A DNA stretch of 64,000 bases from assembly GCF_006345805.1 (NCBI RefSeq), contig NC_043006.1, forward strand, positions 67,208,001 to 67,272,000, given 5' to 3'. The translations under genes were made by a program, and so were the position numbers. The notes under the pieces were generated by a model, which was not told the origin of the DNA, did not search any database, and was given only the letters and a program-made list of their open reading frames with translations. Shown piece by piece: positions 14,664-27,502 of this stretch. Within the stretch, counting starts at the first letter, position 1, and every line of letters begins with the position of its first letter. The stretch is from Octopus sinensis. Lineage: Eukaryota.

Positions 14664-14760
14664 GCTTAGAAGAAGAAGAAGAAGAAGAAGAAGAAGAAGA
14701 AGAAGAAGAAGAAGAAGAAGAAGAAGAAGAAGAAGAAGAAGAAGAAGAAGAAGAAGAAGA
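14411..14760 (+). mobile_element. SINE family A (5'-truncated) followed by (ATT)n and (GAA)n
   Basis: ttcaaattcggccgaggtcgactttgcc...gccaaaattt then simple repeats. Confidence 0.8.
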
Positions 14761-15486
14761 TATTACGAAATGGAGACCTTCCGAAATATTTTTAATAAAA
14801 TTACTCAATGAGAGTAAAGCCACCAATACGTTTGACACGGGTTAACTTGGAGTTCAAGCACGAAATTGCTGTTATATATTAAATGTCTGACAGAGATCAA
14901 TAATCAATAACAAATAACGAAAGGTCTCACATTGTATCCTTTCTCCATACGTCTTTTAGACATAAAATATTCTGGAAAATGGTTATACTCAAAGAATAAA
15001 ACCATTTTGAGAGACCCATTCTAATTTAATATCAAGAAATATATTCGTGAAACTTAATTGTCTGGCTTCTTTTTAGCCTTTTTTTTCTTTTGTTTTTGTC
15101 GTTTTTCTAAACGTTTTTGTTTACCTTGTTCACTGTTCGATTCTATGCACCATTACATTATACTACGCAATTATATGCGATTTATATACAACAAAATTAT
15201 ACATAATTTCGTATCAAGAACCGGTAATGAAGATATGTTATTGTATATTTTGAAATAAAAACAAAAATAAATATCTTACTAAGTAAATGTACCAATCTCT
15301 CCATCTTTATCTCTTCCTTTCTCTCCCCCTTCCTCCTCTCTCCCCTGGGCTTGTGTATATGTGTTTATGCAAACATATATGTATGCATATGTATGTATTC
15401 ATATATGCATATATATGTACGTTATTTACATAATTGTACATACATATATAGAGAGAAGGTGAGAGAGTCTATGTATATAATCCTAA

Positions 15487-15537
<51 letters not shown>

Positions 15538-15567
15538 CATGAATATGTAGATAGATAGATGAATATG

Positions 15568-15672
<105 letters not shown>

Positions 15673-15687
15673 GATAGAGTAGATAGA

Positions 15688-16558
<871 letters not shown>

Positions 16559-16589
16559 TAGATAGATAGATAGAAAGAGAGAGAGATTA

Positions 16590-16681
<92 letters not shown>

Positions 16682-16709
16682 TACATACATGCATAATATA
16701 TATGTATAT

Positions 16710-16756
<47 letters not shown>

Positions 16757-16769
16757 GTATATTTATTAT

Positions 16770-17300
16770 TCTTTAACAAAGAGTAGTCCTGACGGTGACT
16801 TCGAAGTTTCGGCCATCTAAGCGATCATCGAACTGTAGAACATTTGAGTTCCTCTTGGCTTTATATAATCTTTGTTAAGTTAAAATTTTCTACGGTATGC
16901 TGAGTTCTGTTGAATGATAATTAGGTTGTAATGTAGGTTGAAGTTGGAAGGTTTTGTGGAGAATCGTTTATTGATTAAATTTAATATCAACCAAAGCTGC
17001 AGATCGGTTCACAAGTTATTTGATTACGCCATCTTACACATGTTTTACGCGCAATAATATACGTTATATAAAGGAAGGTATTATAAACAGATTACATTTT
17101 TGAATAGTCAGAGATTGCGTAACTATTGTAAATAATCTTTACGATTAACAATGGACATCCAGATAGGTTATGGTCTCAACAAACGCAACTACTCACTATA
17201 TCTTAATATTGTAGATATCTTAATATTTTTCGGCGATGTCCTTAATAAATTGTAAAGTTTAATTTTTGTTCGTTACATAATTTCTGAAGATTTCATAATG
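16770..17300 (-). mobile_element. Penelope-like element 3' remnant
   Basis: Carries a minimal hammerhead-like motif at its end (16791-16836) and an AT-rich decayed coding remnant upstream. Confidence 0.5.
16791..16836 (-). ncRNA. Degenerate type I hammerhead ribozyme
   Basis: Minus strand: acagt-TCGATGA-tcgcttagatggcc-GAAAC-ttcgaa-GTC-accgt. The core CTGATGA is altered to TCGATGA. Stem III has a palindromic loop. Confidence 0.5.
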
Positions 17301-17346
17301 CAATCTGTTCATGTTTTTAATTTATGAACCGAGCCGCCAGTTGTAT

Positions 17347-17396
<50 letters not shown>

Positions 17397-17429
17397 ACTT
17401 TCTCTCTCAGTGACATGTGTTTGTGCGAG

Positions 17430-17610
17430 TGTAAAGGCCCATGGCTTAGCGGTTAAGGATGTAGCACTCTCGATTTCAAGATCATGGGTTCGATTCCCAG
17501 ACCGGGCATTGCATTGAGTTCTTCAGCAAACCACTTCATTCCACGTGGCGCTGCGATCACTTCGTATTCTGACATGTGGCTCGTCATGCATCTCTAATGG
17601 AGGAAGTGCG
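17430..17610 (+). mobile_element. Diverged tRNA-derived SINE
   Basis: A-box tggcttagcggtta and B-box gggttcgattccc. Confidence 0.65.
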
Positions 17611-17715
17611 GTTATCTGAACACAAATATTTGATCATTATAAACAATAAACAAATCATCTGTGTAATTGTTCAGCAAGATAACGAGTTCATTATACACCA
17701 TACATACATACATAC

Positions 17716-17749
<34 letters not shown>

Positions 17750-17798
17750 ATATATATTATATATATATAATATTTTATTATATATATATATATATATA

Positions 17799-17838
<40 letters not shown>

Positions 17839-17914
17839 ATATATATAATATATATATATATATTATATATATATTATATATATTATATGATATATATATA
17901 TCATATATATATAA

Positions 17915-18133
17915 GTGGAGGTGCAATGGCCCAGTGGTTAAGGCAGAGGACTCGCGGTCGTAGAATCGCGGTTTCGATTCCCAGACCGGGCGTTTTGAGT
18001 GTTTATTGAGTGAAAACACCTAAAGAAGCTCCACGAGGCTCCGGCATGGGGGGGATCCCTGCTGTACTCTTTCACCACTCTTTCTCTCACTGTTGCAACA
18101 TCTGATGGTCTGGTCGGTCACGTGATCACGTGA
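17915..18133 (+). mobile_element. SINE family B with (CACGTGAT)n tail
   Basis: Head gtggaggtgcaatggcccagtggtta...ggtttcgattcccagacc; ends ggtcggtcacgtgatcacgtgat in (TA)n. Confidence 0.85.
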
Positions 18134-18319
18134 TATATATATATATATATATATGTACATATATATATACATATACACACATATATATATATCATCCATA
18201 TATACATACATATATATATATATATATATATGTATATGTATATGTTTTTCACTCCACTCCACACTTATATGTATATATACATATATATATATGTATATAT
18301 GTATACATATGGTGGTGGT

Positions 18320-18785
18320 GGTGGTTGTCTACTCCTTATGCAGAGTTAGACCACCTCCTGTACCTACACCTTAGTACCATCATGGCATCTGATGTGGCTT
18401 TTTAAACCAGACAATGTTTTGAAAAGACACCCACATAGATTGCACATCCGATTTGGACCACCAAGAGCTGCAGATAATCTCTGATCTTTGTGGATCTTAA
18501 AATGTCTTTTAAGGTCTCGGTTAGATTTGCAAACCTTCCGGCATACAGTGCATTCAAAGTGTGCACAGACATGTAAACAGAATAGTTGGTGGAGGTTCGT
18601 TTTCCATGGGTTCGCAAATGAGATTTGAGCCGAGCAAAAGAAAGGTATGGTCTGTCACAAACTGTGCACACATAAAGGTTATTATGATTCATCTTCTTGA
18701 TCGTAACATTCGTCCTTAAATTTTTTTGAGTTCTGCATGCGTTATCCTGGCCTCTTCAAACGTTTTCACTCCATTCCACACTTAT
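18320..18785 (-). mobile_element. RTE-type LINE 3' fragment with C-terminal C2H2 zinc fingers (frameshifted)
   Basis: VWNGVKTFEEARI, then YVCTVCDRPYLSFARLKSHLRTH, then in another frame CTVCRKVCKSNRDLKRHFKIH and [21 protein letters not shown]. Ends in an (ACC)n tail. Confidence 0.65.
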
Positions 18786-19049
18786 ATATATATATGCATA
18801 TATATATGTAAATATGTGTGTGTGTGTGTGTGTGAGTGCGTGTGTGTGTATATGTGTGTGAGTGTACATGTGTATGTGTGTATATACATATACATATATA
18901 TATATATATATCTGTGTGTGTGTGTGTGTACAGGACGTCCAAAATGACGAGTAGCTAGACAGCCGAGAACTTTTCAGTACCGTCTCGTATTCTAGGATTA
19001 GAGATAACTTGTGCAGTGAATTTGTTTAAAGTGTGTCTGAGCTGCGCAC

Positions 19050-20000
19050 CGTCAACTTCACTCTTTTGTCCGTGACCATCTTCCATCCAGTGACAAGACT
19101 AGTTCAAGGTGACTGGGAATGGAGACAGATTCAATGAATGACCAAGGTTATTTATTTGTATCATCTTGCTTTCTGCGCTCCACAGTTCCTTGCTGAAATC
19201 GCCTTCCGCTACAATCATTCATGAAAGTTTCTACTGTAGATTCCGCCATATCCTGCATTCTCATACATACGTAGACAAGACCTAACATGCTAGTTCACCC
19301 AAAGCTGGGACTCTAACAGCGCTACTAATCCGGATCAGAGGTGACCAGAGGATGATAGCAATTAAGAGGTGACATATTCCTCTAAACATTGGAATTCAAG
19401 CACCGCATGCAGCTTTGTCATATTTTTTATTTATGTTGTGTAGCGCATTCCATACCTTCGTGCTCATAATTTTGATTTCTGTAGCGTATTCTATACCTCC
19501 GAAATTTTCTTAGTACCAGACGACATCTTACATTTTTTTTTTTTTTACTAATGCCTTGGTGGTAGACTCGTGTTGGTGGGACTAAGATGGCGCAATTTTG
19601 CTTTGGTAAATATACCAGTGTCAGCAGAGAAACTATCTTTGACAAGGGAGAAGACCTTGTTGTTTTTGTGTTATTAGATCGAGAAATATTGAACTTGGAG
19701 AGATCCAGCTCAGGTAATTGGAATCATGGTGAACACTGAAATAGCGACGTGTGGTGCGAGCAGTTTGAACAGGATTTCTTCCAACATAGGATTGTCACGG
19801 ATGCAACAGTATGCTTCATGTTTATTTTCCTTTTAAAATTAGATATTTGTAGTGTAAGCCTGTGGTGCAACACGGTTCCAATAATCTTTAGCTGATCGTG
19901 TTCATTTATCCACACTGCGGTGCCCGATGCATATAGCCCAGACACCATGCTCTTCACTGACTCTGGCTTTCAAATCTCCAAACAAGTAAGAAGGAGTCTT
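19050..20000 (-). mobile_element. Possible heavily decayed hAT transposase remnant
   Basis: Scattered motifs in different frames (DNPMLEEIL, NYLSW, GHSLNL) resemble hAT/ZMYM1-type transposases. No long ORF. Confidence 0.3.
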
Positions 20001-20432
20001 CTGGTGATGGTAACTGCCCGTTCATATCGTCGACCTGAAATTTCGTTTCGATACTGGAATTAAGCGTAGCGGGAAAGACAGCTATAAAGTTTCTATAACT
20101 GTTGCTGAAATTCAACCAATACATAATAAGCGTTCAGCTCAAGTAGAAGGTGGTCCTAGTCCTATATGCTTCTCAGACTCGTCAGTATAGTCCATTGGAA
20201 ATCACAGGCAGTACTTCCAATACTACTTCTGGTGTAGAAGTTGCCCAATAGCTATATGATACTGTCTTCAAAGTTCTTTTCATTTATTTCTTTAAGAGTT
20301 GTTTCCCCTTTAACCCCATGCTATCTCCGGCACTCACAAAACAATGGGACAAGTTCACTTGTAACTGGACATTTGTTGAAGGCCAACAAAAGCTTCAATT
20401 CACACCTTAAACGGTATGACATATGTCAGTAA

Positions 20433-20590
20433 TCAGGACCGGCAGCTTGGGCAGTCACCTGGGGTGCCATGTGCTAGGGAGCACCAAGAAGGGCGTGACA
20501 AAGACAAGAAAATTTAATTTCCACAAACGTCATCTTATACACGCCGACGTCCGGCTTGCCCGGGGCTCCAGCAACCCTAGGACAAGCCCT
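20433..20590. mobile_element. Possible hAT-type MITE
   Basis: Ends caggaccggc...caagccctg resemble CAGGGCCGGC-type TIRs. The target-site duplication is poor. Confidence 0.3.
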
Positions 20591-21319
20591 GCCTGTGATT
20601 AAACCAGTAAAGGCTCATTAGCTCTCGTGCAGGGTTTCATCTTTATGAATATCACATGTACAAGCAAATGGGACATAAGCGCCCGGCTTTCCATTTCGTA
20701 TTTCTGGTAGCCAGTGATAGAAGCTGAAGGCGGTAATAATGACTAACATATACCAATGTTGCTGACAAACTTGACGCATCACTGCAACCAACTGACATAC
20801 GATATACATATATTAGCATAATTTTACAATAATCTTTTGTTCTCATTCCCCCTCTATCTCGCTATCTCTCACTCACTGTCTTACCCTTTCTTTCTCACTG
20901 CTATGATAAAGTAGCTTTTAATAGAATGGCGAATGTAAATAATAATACATTTGCGTCTGGTGGTTTCAGAGAAACCATTAAATATAATAGACATCCAGAA
21001 TTGTACATATATAAGAATAATTTTGTTATAATCTATTTATTTCTCTTTCTCTTTCATGATAAAGTGGCTTTTAACAGACAGGGTGAACGTATATAATACG
21101 ATGCAGTGGCATCGCGTGGTCTCCTTCAATCCATTAAAAATAATAAGGCATCCAGAAGAAACCCAAATGTCTTTTATTATATAAATACGGCCGCCATATA
21201 AATAAGGACGATAGGAGCATCTTAAGTATATATTTCCCAAGTTAGGAAGGAAGAAAGCTCTGTGTAGTTCTCCTATATGCGTATATGGGTGTGTGTGTTT
21301 TTGTATATGCTTACACATG

Positions 21320-21354
<35 letters not shown>

Positions 21355-21616
21355 AGATATATATATATATATATATATGTCTACATACATATATATATAA
21401 ACAGATATGTATATACATATACATGTATATGTATGTATATGTATATATATATATATTTATATTATTTATAATTCTTAAACAAGAGTAATTCTTGCTTAGG
21501 AACAATAAATTTGTGCTCTACAAAAGTATAAAGTACCCCATCAGATTAATGTAAAACAATTTTGATTATAACTGAACATAAAAACAAAGAAGAACACACG
21601 CACATATATATATAGA

Positions 21617-21660
<44 letters not shown>

Positions 21661-21999
21661 AGTATAACAGATACAATAGAAAAGGTCCAAATCAGGCAGA
21701 CTACGATTAACACATGCATATACGGGATGAATTAAGATAAAATAAGAATTGTCTAATCTGAATCATATACTGATATATTAGAAATATAAAAATGTATGAA
21801 TTACTAAAAATATACATGGACATATAGGTATGTAAACATAATAATAATAAAATATAGATCAAAATAATGAAATATAGGAAAAATAATGTTTTCTTTTAAA
21901 AAGTCAATATATAATACAGAGAAAGTAATAGGTCGGGTTCGACCTTAGCACTTCTACGCTGTTCTTCGAAAGAAAATTATAATCATATATAATCATATA

Positions 22000-22327
22000 C
22001 AGTGATATCTGGTAGTACGAGTTTAATTCATTCCATGACCTAGCTTGTCTTAATCCGTTCCAGCCCCACCCAAAAAACATTCAAAAATAATTTTTGATCA
22101 GTTTTAAATCAGAAAATGTGTAGTTACAAATAAAATGACAATTATAAAAAAGAGAATGCAAGAGAAATATGTAAACTGGTTTTATTAACTGAATTACCTT
22201 AAAGACTGGACGATTTGTGTACTCGTACTGCGGATTTCCGCTCGTACTACAGGACAAAAATTTGCATAAGTCTCAGCTCGTACAGTAAATCACTCGTACA
22301 ATGGGGCTCTCGTACTGCGAGGTTCTA

Positions 22328-22330
<3 letters not shown>
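22000..22330. mobile_element. pogo/Tigger-like MITE
   Basis: Imperfect TIRs cagtgatatctggtagtacgag / ctcgtactgcgaggttctactg, TA on both sides, and internal repeats of the gtacgag motif. Confidence 0.7.
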
Positions 22331-22364
<34 letters not shown>

Positions 22365-22749
22365 CATGTGTATGATGCACTATATATATAATTATATACA
22401 TATGTTTATATTTGTATACACTCAAATATATATAATTAATAAGGACATTAAATAATATGTGTAGGAACGTTAGTAACACTAACACACATACAAACACACA
22501 CACTTAACATGTATATAAACCCAGCCATGCAGTTATGAATCTGTATATGCATGCATGCTTACATACGACCAATTAGCCATTCATAGAAATATGGGGAGAG
22601 AATGTAAATCCTTAATTCATATGCGACCGTCGATTACGATATCTCTGACACAAACATCTACAAGAACTTCTTAAAATGAACAAAATAAATTGCTTTCATC
22701 ACAGACTCGCTACCAAGCAGTTGGCCGGTCAATGTCGTTGCTAGATGTA

Positions 22750-22930
22750 GGGCGGCCAACTGGCAGAAGCGTTAGCACACCGGGCAAAATACTAACCGGC
22801 ATTTCGTCCGCCTTCTTCTTTTGAGTTCGAATTCCATGGAGGTCAACTTTGCCTCTCATCCCTTCGGCATCGATTAAATAAATACCAGTTGAGCACTGGG
22901 GTCGATGTGAAGGACTTGTCTTCTTCCCTG
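22750..22930 (+). mobile_element. SINE family A
   Basis: gggcggccaactggcagaagcgttagcacaccgggc...gagttcgaattcc. Confidence 0.8.
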
Positions 22931-23462
22931 GTAACTTGGGCTAAAATTTTGGTAACCGGAGTCACCGCTAAATTTAAAAGACAAAAAGAACAAACATGAA
23001 TGTAGGCGTTTTTAAATCAAGGCTAAACCTCTTCCTGTCGAGAGTCCCAGACGGTGGTACTCCAGCATAGCCCCAGCTGAAACTACAAAAAAATACATAT
23101 AAATATATTCCGCCACATATTCCGTGGGTCAGATCAATTGGAACGCTCGTCGTCATAACCGACGGAGTGCCACGTATATATACGTAAATATGCATGCACA
23201 GGTACATGCATGAATGCATACATACGTTCATTCAGTTATTCATTCACTTGGAGATCAGTGACTGAGTTTATAAAAATACATTTTCATTTTTTATAGAAGA
23301 GCAACGGGAAATGTACGAACCCTTCTGGATTGAAATATGGCTGACATTTTTAGACAAAAGCTTATCCTCATTATTATGCACTACGGATTATCAGAATGTA
23401 TGGAACAAAAAGTTTGCAAGACCTTAAAATGTCGGGAGTTGGTAGTTGTTTCTCAAACTTAG

Positions 23463-23539
<77 letters not shown>

Positions 23540-23819
23540 CACACACACACACACATACACATTTAAACTAAATCTCATATTTCTTTATGTGTGACATGTA
23601 GGACGTGATATAAAAATGTTTTTTTTCATGGGAAAGGATGCATGTATGAATGTATGAAAACTCTGTTAAATAAGATATTAGAAACAAATTTCCTTGGAAA
23701 GTTTAATGCAAATGGACTTTGTTTAGGTCGATGTGAACGAAATACTTTCTTGCTTGTAACGCAGTTATTTCCCAAAATGCAAGAGAAAGGCAAAATGTTA
23801 GGTTATGAAACTATAAATC

Positions 23820-24032
23820 TCTTCTATTGTACGCACAAGGCCTGAAATTTAGAGGGGAGGATTAAGTCGACTACATCTACCCCAATGTCTAACTGGTACT
23901 TATTTTATCGACCCCGAAAGGATGAAATGCAAACTCGATCTCGGCGGAATTTGAACTCAGAACGTAACGACAGACGAAATACCGCTATGCATTTCGTCCG
24001 GCGTGCTAACGATTCTGCCAGCTCACCGCCTT
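23820..24032 (-). mobile_element. SINE family A, full length
   Basis: Reverse complement of the complete head, body and tail. Confidence 0.85.
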
Positions 24033-25663
24033 ATGAATATACTATAAGCTTAATATATCAGAAAATCTTTGAAAATTATATGCCTGCATGAAAAAGATTC
24101 TCTCTCAGAGTCTATTTATAAAGCCTCGCAGGTTTCTAAAAAACGTAAATTACGCTTGTTATTTTTTTCTTTTGTTCTGTTATTCTATTATATGTTTCAG
24201 CCACGAGGCTACGGCCATGCTGTTGTTATCATTTTGCCAATATGGCGAAACGCGCAAGATTATATATCATTTAAAAGCATTCTTCATTATTGCTTTTCTG
24301 ATTCAGAACGGATGAATAAAGTGAGGTACCATCTTTTTTTGTTTCGAAATATATTCTTGTGTTGCTATAACCCCGTTTCAATGAATTTTATGTAAGCCCT
24401 ATATTTGTTTAGACGCATTGGGAGATTTTCTTGCGCATTGGTAATTTAATATCCTTACCAAGACTGTTAGACTCCAGTGACTAAACACACAGTTGATGTT
24501 GCTCTTGCCAGCTTTGATAAATTATTGAGTTTGAACAGAGTAGAGAAGAATAGGGGAATAAGTCTCTGTATTGAATATTTTATGGTATTTATGGAGTGGG
24601 TGGAGAAGTTGTTTCATTAATATAAAGTATTAATTGGTTATTGGCACTTCAACAGAGATAGTTATATCAAGTAATAGACTGCTTTATTGTTGGATGTGAG
24701 TTTAGCTATTTCGTTTGTGTATTTTATGATTGCCTTGAATCCATCATCCGCCACAGCTTTGCTGTAGTAAGTAACGACATTTTTAAAGATTTTTATCATG
24801 GCCGGAGATAAATACACTGCTTATAGAGAGTGTTTACAAGCAGTGTGCTGCTTCTGTAGTTATTGTGCAAAACACTTCATATCCCGCTGCTCTAAATGAG
24901 TTACCCTGTGACTCACTCACGTCCGGTCCAGGCGGTGCATTATGATCTCGGTCACTTATAGGTCATGGAAGACAGGTAACCGGGTCTATGAGTTCATGGA
25001 CACGACACAGTTATGTCCAGCGGTTGACGATGAGGTTGACATTGTTGTTGCTGTTGCTGTTCTTGTTGTCCAAGTCTCACCATAGTCCCCAGTACCGTTC
25101 AACATTTAACATGATCTATCAAACAACTTACCAGTAATAACTTGTGGTCAATTTAATCCAGTCATTCTCAAGATTTTCAACCACTGACCCCAAGTAATCC
25201 AATAATTCTAAGCATTGTATTTTTACTATTTTCGTGATAAGAATTGGAGAGGGGATAATCAGTGAATATAATTGCATGTTTCATTTGTTTTTGCGCATTT
25301 AGTGTAAAATATCAAGAACTGTTTAAGTTTAATGTTTCTTTAAGAAATTAACTGCAATTATTTTGAAACTAAATTTTTAAAAAACGTGCATTTTTTATTT
25401 CTTTCTGTCCATTTATCGAGGTTTAAGGTTGTTTATAATAAGAAGGCTAGCATTCAATAAATTGTACCTTCCACTATACAGGGAACTTCTTTTCTAATTG
25501 ACAGTAGTTATGATCCAAATAACTCACTGATCTCCAAGAAGTTGTGAATACCCATACTGACATCAAAAGAGATTGTTAAAGTTGTGGTGTTGCAGAATTC
25601 TTGACGAATCAGCGTCATAATGTTTATTTCCTTCTCGTTTATGGTAACAATAGTTTAAGCGAT

Positions 25664-25823
25664 ATTCCATGTTCTATGACCAATATTCAAATAATTGTTT
25701 AGCATTCCATGTTCTATGACCAATATTCAAATAATTGTTTAGCATTCCATGTTCTATGACCAATATTCAAATGATTGGTTGGCATTCCATGTTCTATGAC
25801 CAATATTCAAATGATTGGTTAGC
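25664..25823. repeat. 40-bp tandem repeat, 4 copies
   Basis: Unit agcattccatgttctatgaccaatattcaaataattgttt. Copies 3-4 carry the variant atgattggtt. Confidence 0.95.
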
Positions 25824-26069
25824 CTATAAACCTGTAAGAGTTATTTTAGCTTTTATAATGTAAGGATTTGAAGCATTTTATTATATTACGTGCCCCATTC
25901 CTTCGCGATGGGTGAAGATATTTGTTTTAAAATGACTAATGTGTGTGGCTGCATATGTATGCGTGTTGTTTGTGTGTGTATGTGTGTGTGTGTGTGTGTA
26001 TGTGTGTGTGTGTATGTGTGTGTGTGTGTATGAGTGTGTAGGTTTGTAAGTATATTTATATGGGATAAG

Positions 26070-26342
26070 AAAAGTTTCAGCTCAGCCGTTTTGGTGCTGC
26101 CCTTTTGGCTTCGCTGAGTCGGCGCTGACATTTTTGACAATAGAAGTTTTAATGTTTCTTTCGTTTAACGATTTCTCTCGTTCCCTCCCTCCCGCCCTTC
26201 TCTGTCAGTCTCTCTCACTCTCTTTCTTTCTTGCTTTTTCTCTCTCTCCCTCTCATACTCCGTTTGCGTTTGTAAGTATATTTCTCATTGCGTGTACGAG
26301 AAAAGGGAATGTGTTTATGTCAATCGTGTTCAATGAATAAAT

Positions 26343-26381
<39 letters not shown>

Positions 26382-26585
26382 CTATCTTTCCCTTACTCGT
26401 TCTATCTGTGTATGTATGTTTATGTGCGTGTGTGTATGTATATATGATGTGTGTGGGTGTCTGTGTCTACGTATGTGCGTACGTCAAAAAGTACCGTCTC
26501 CAAAACACGCTGAATGTACAGTCAGCAGCGCCAAAGCGCCAGCATCCAGACATCTACGCCCAAACAGCTGCGCCCAATCGTTTCT
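26070..26585. mobile_element. Degenerate foldback/MITE-like element
   Basis: Imperfect inverted ends rich in gcgcc/ggcgc motifs (atttttgac / gtcaaaaa) around microsatellites. Confidence 0.3.
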
Positions 26586-26846
26586 TCCCACTTTGTATAT
26601 CCGAGTACGTGTTTATGAAAACACAGATATAACCAAGGGGTTCACAAGTCCACTTTCTAATCCAGAACTTTAGTATCTTGGGCAAGTGTCGTCTCCAATT
26701 GCTTCAGGTTGATACCAGCCTTGCGGGTCAAATTGCTTTGCCATAAACCGCGTGGAACCCCGTCAGATGGAATGCACAAGTCCATCCTTGTCCTACGTAC
26801 ACTGAGTTTGCAGGATGTTTACTTGAAGGGAACATATATGTGTGAA

Positions 26847-27161
26847 GAGGTGCGTGGCTTAATGGTTAGGATATTCAGCCAACGATCATAAGGTTGTGAG
26901 TTCAAATCCCGGCGACGCGTTGTGTCCTTGAGCAAGATACTTTATTTCATTTTGCTTCAGTCCACTCAGCTGGAAAAAAAATTATTAGTGCCTATATTTC
27001 AAAGGGCCAGCCTTGTCACATTCTGTGTCACGCTGAATCTCCATGAGAAAAAAATCAACGGTACACGTGTCTGTGGAGTGCTCTACCAAGTGAATTTCAC
27101 GAGCAGGCTGTTCCGTTGATGGGATCAACTGGAACCCATCATTCTCGTAAGCGGAGTACCA
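26847..27161 (+). mobile_element. tRNA-derived SINE with CORE-like segment and family-B-type 3' half
   Basis: A/B boxes and gtgtccttgagcaagatac, then tgtgtcacgctgaatctcc...aggctgttccgttgat as at 32440-32824. Confidence 0.75.
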
Positions 27162-27164
27162 GTG

Positions 27165-27490
27165 TTATCTACTATAGCCTCGAGCCGACCAAAACCTTGT
27201 GAGTGAATTTGGTAGACGGAAACTGAAAGAAGCCCGTCGTAAATATATATATGTGTGTGTGTGTGTGTGTGTATGTATGTGTGTGTTTGTGTGTCTGTTT
27301 GTCCCTCGACATCGCTTGACAACCGATGTTGGTGTGTTTACGTGCCCTTGACTTAGCGGTTCGGCAAAAGACCCCGATAGAATAAGTACTAAATTTACAA
27401 AGAATAAGTCCTGGGGACGATCCGTTTCTACTAAAGGCGGTGCTCCAGCATTACCGCAGACAAAATGACTGAAACAAATAAAAGAATAAA
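27165..27490 (+). mobile_element. CORE-type SINE family C (5'-truncated)
   Basis: tctactatagcctcgagccgacc...(GT)n...ttagcggttcggcaaaagac...aaatgactgaaacaa. Confidence 0.8.
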
Positions 27491-27502
27491 AGAAAAAAGA
27501 AT

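Noticed and set aside
18402-18692. Host C2H2 zinc-finger gene
   Set aside because: It is frameshifted, preceded by RTE-type sequence and followed by a simple-repeat tail, so it is better explained as a LINE C-terminus.
20165-20205. Hammerhead-like ctata-CTGACGA-gtc...tatag (minus strand)
   Set aside because: Stem II partner, GAAA and stem III are absent, so it may be chance.
25664-25823. CRISPR-like array
   Set aside because: The repeats are contiguous with no unique spacers, and the context is eukaryotic.
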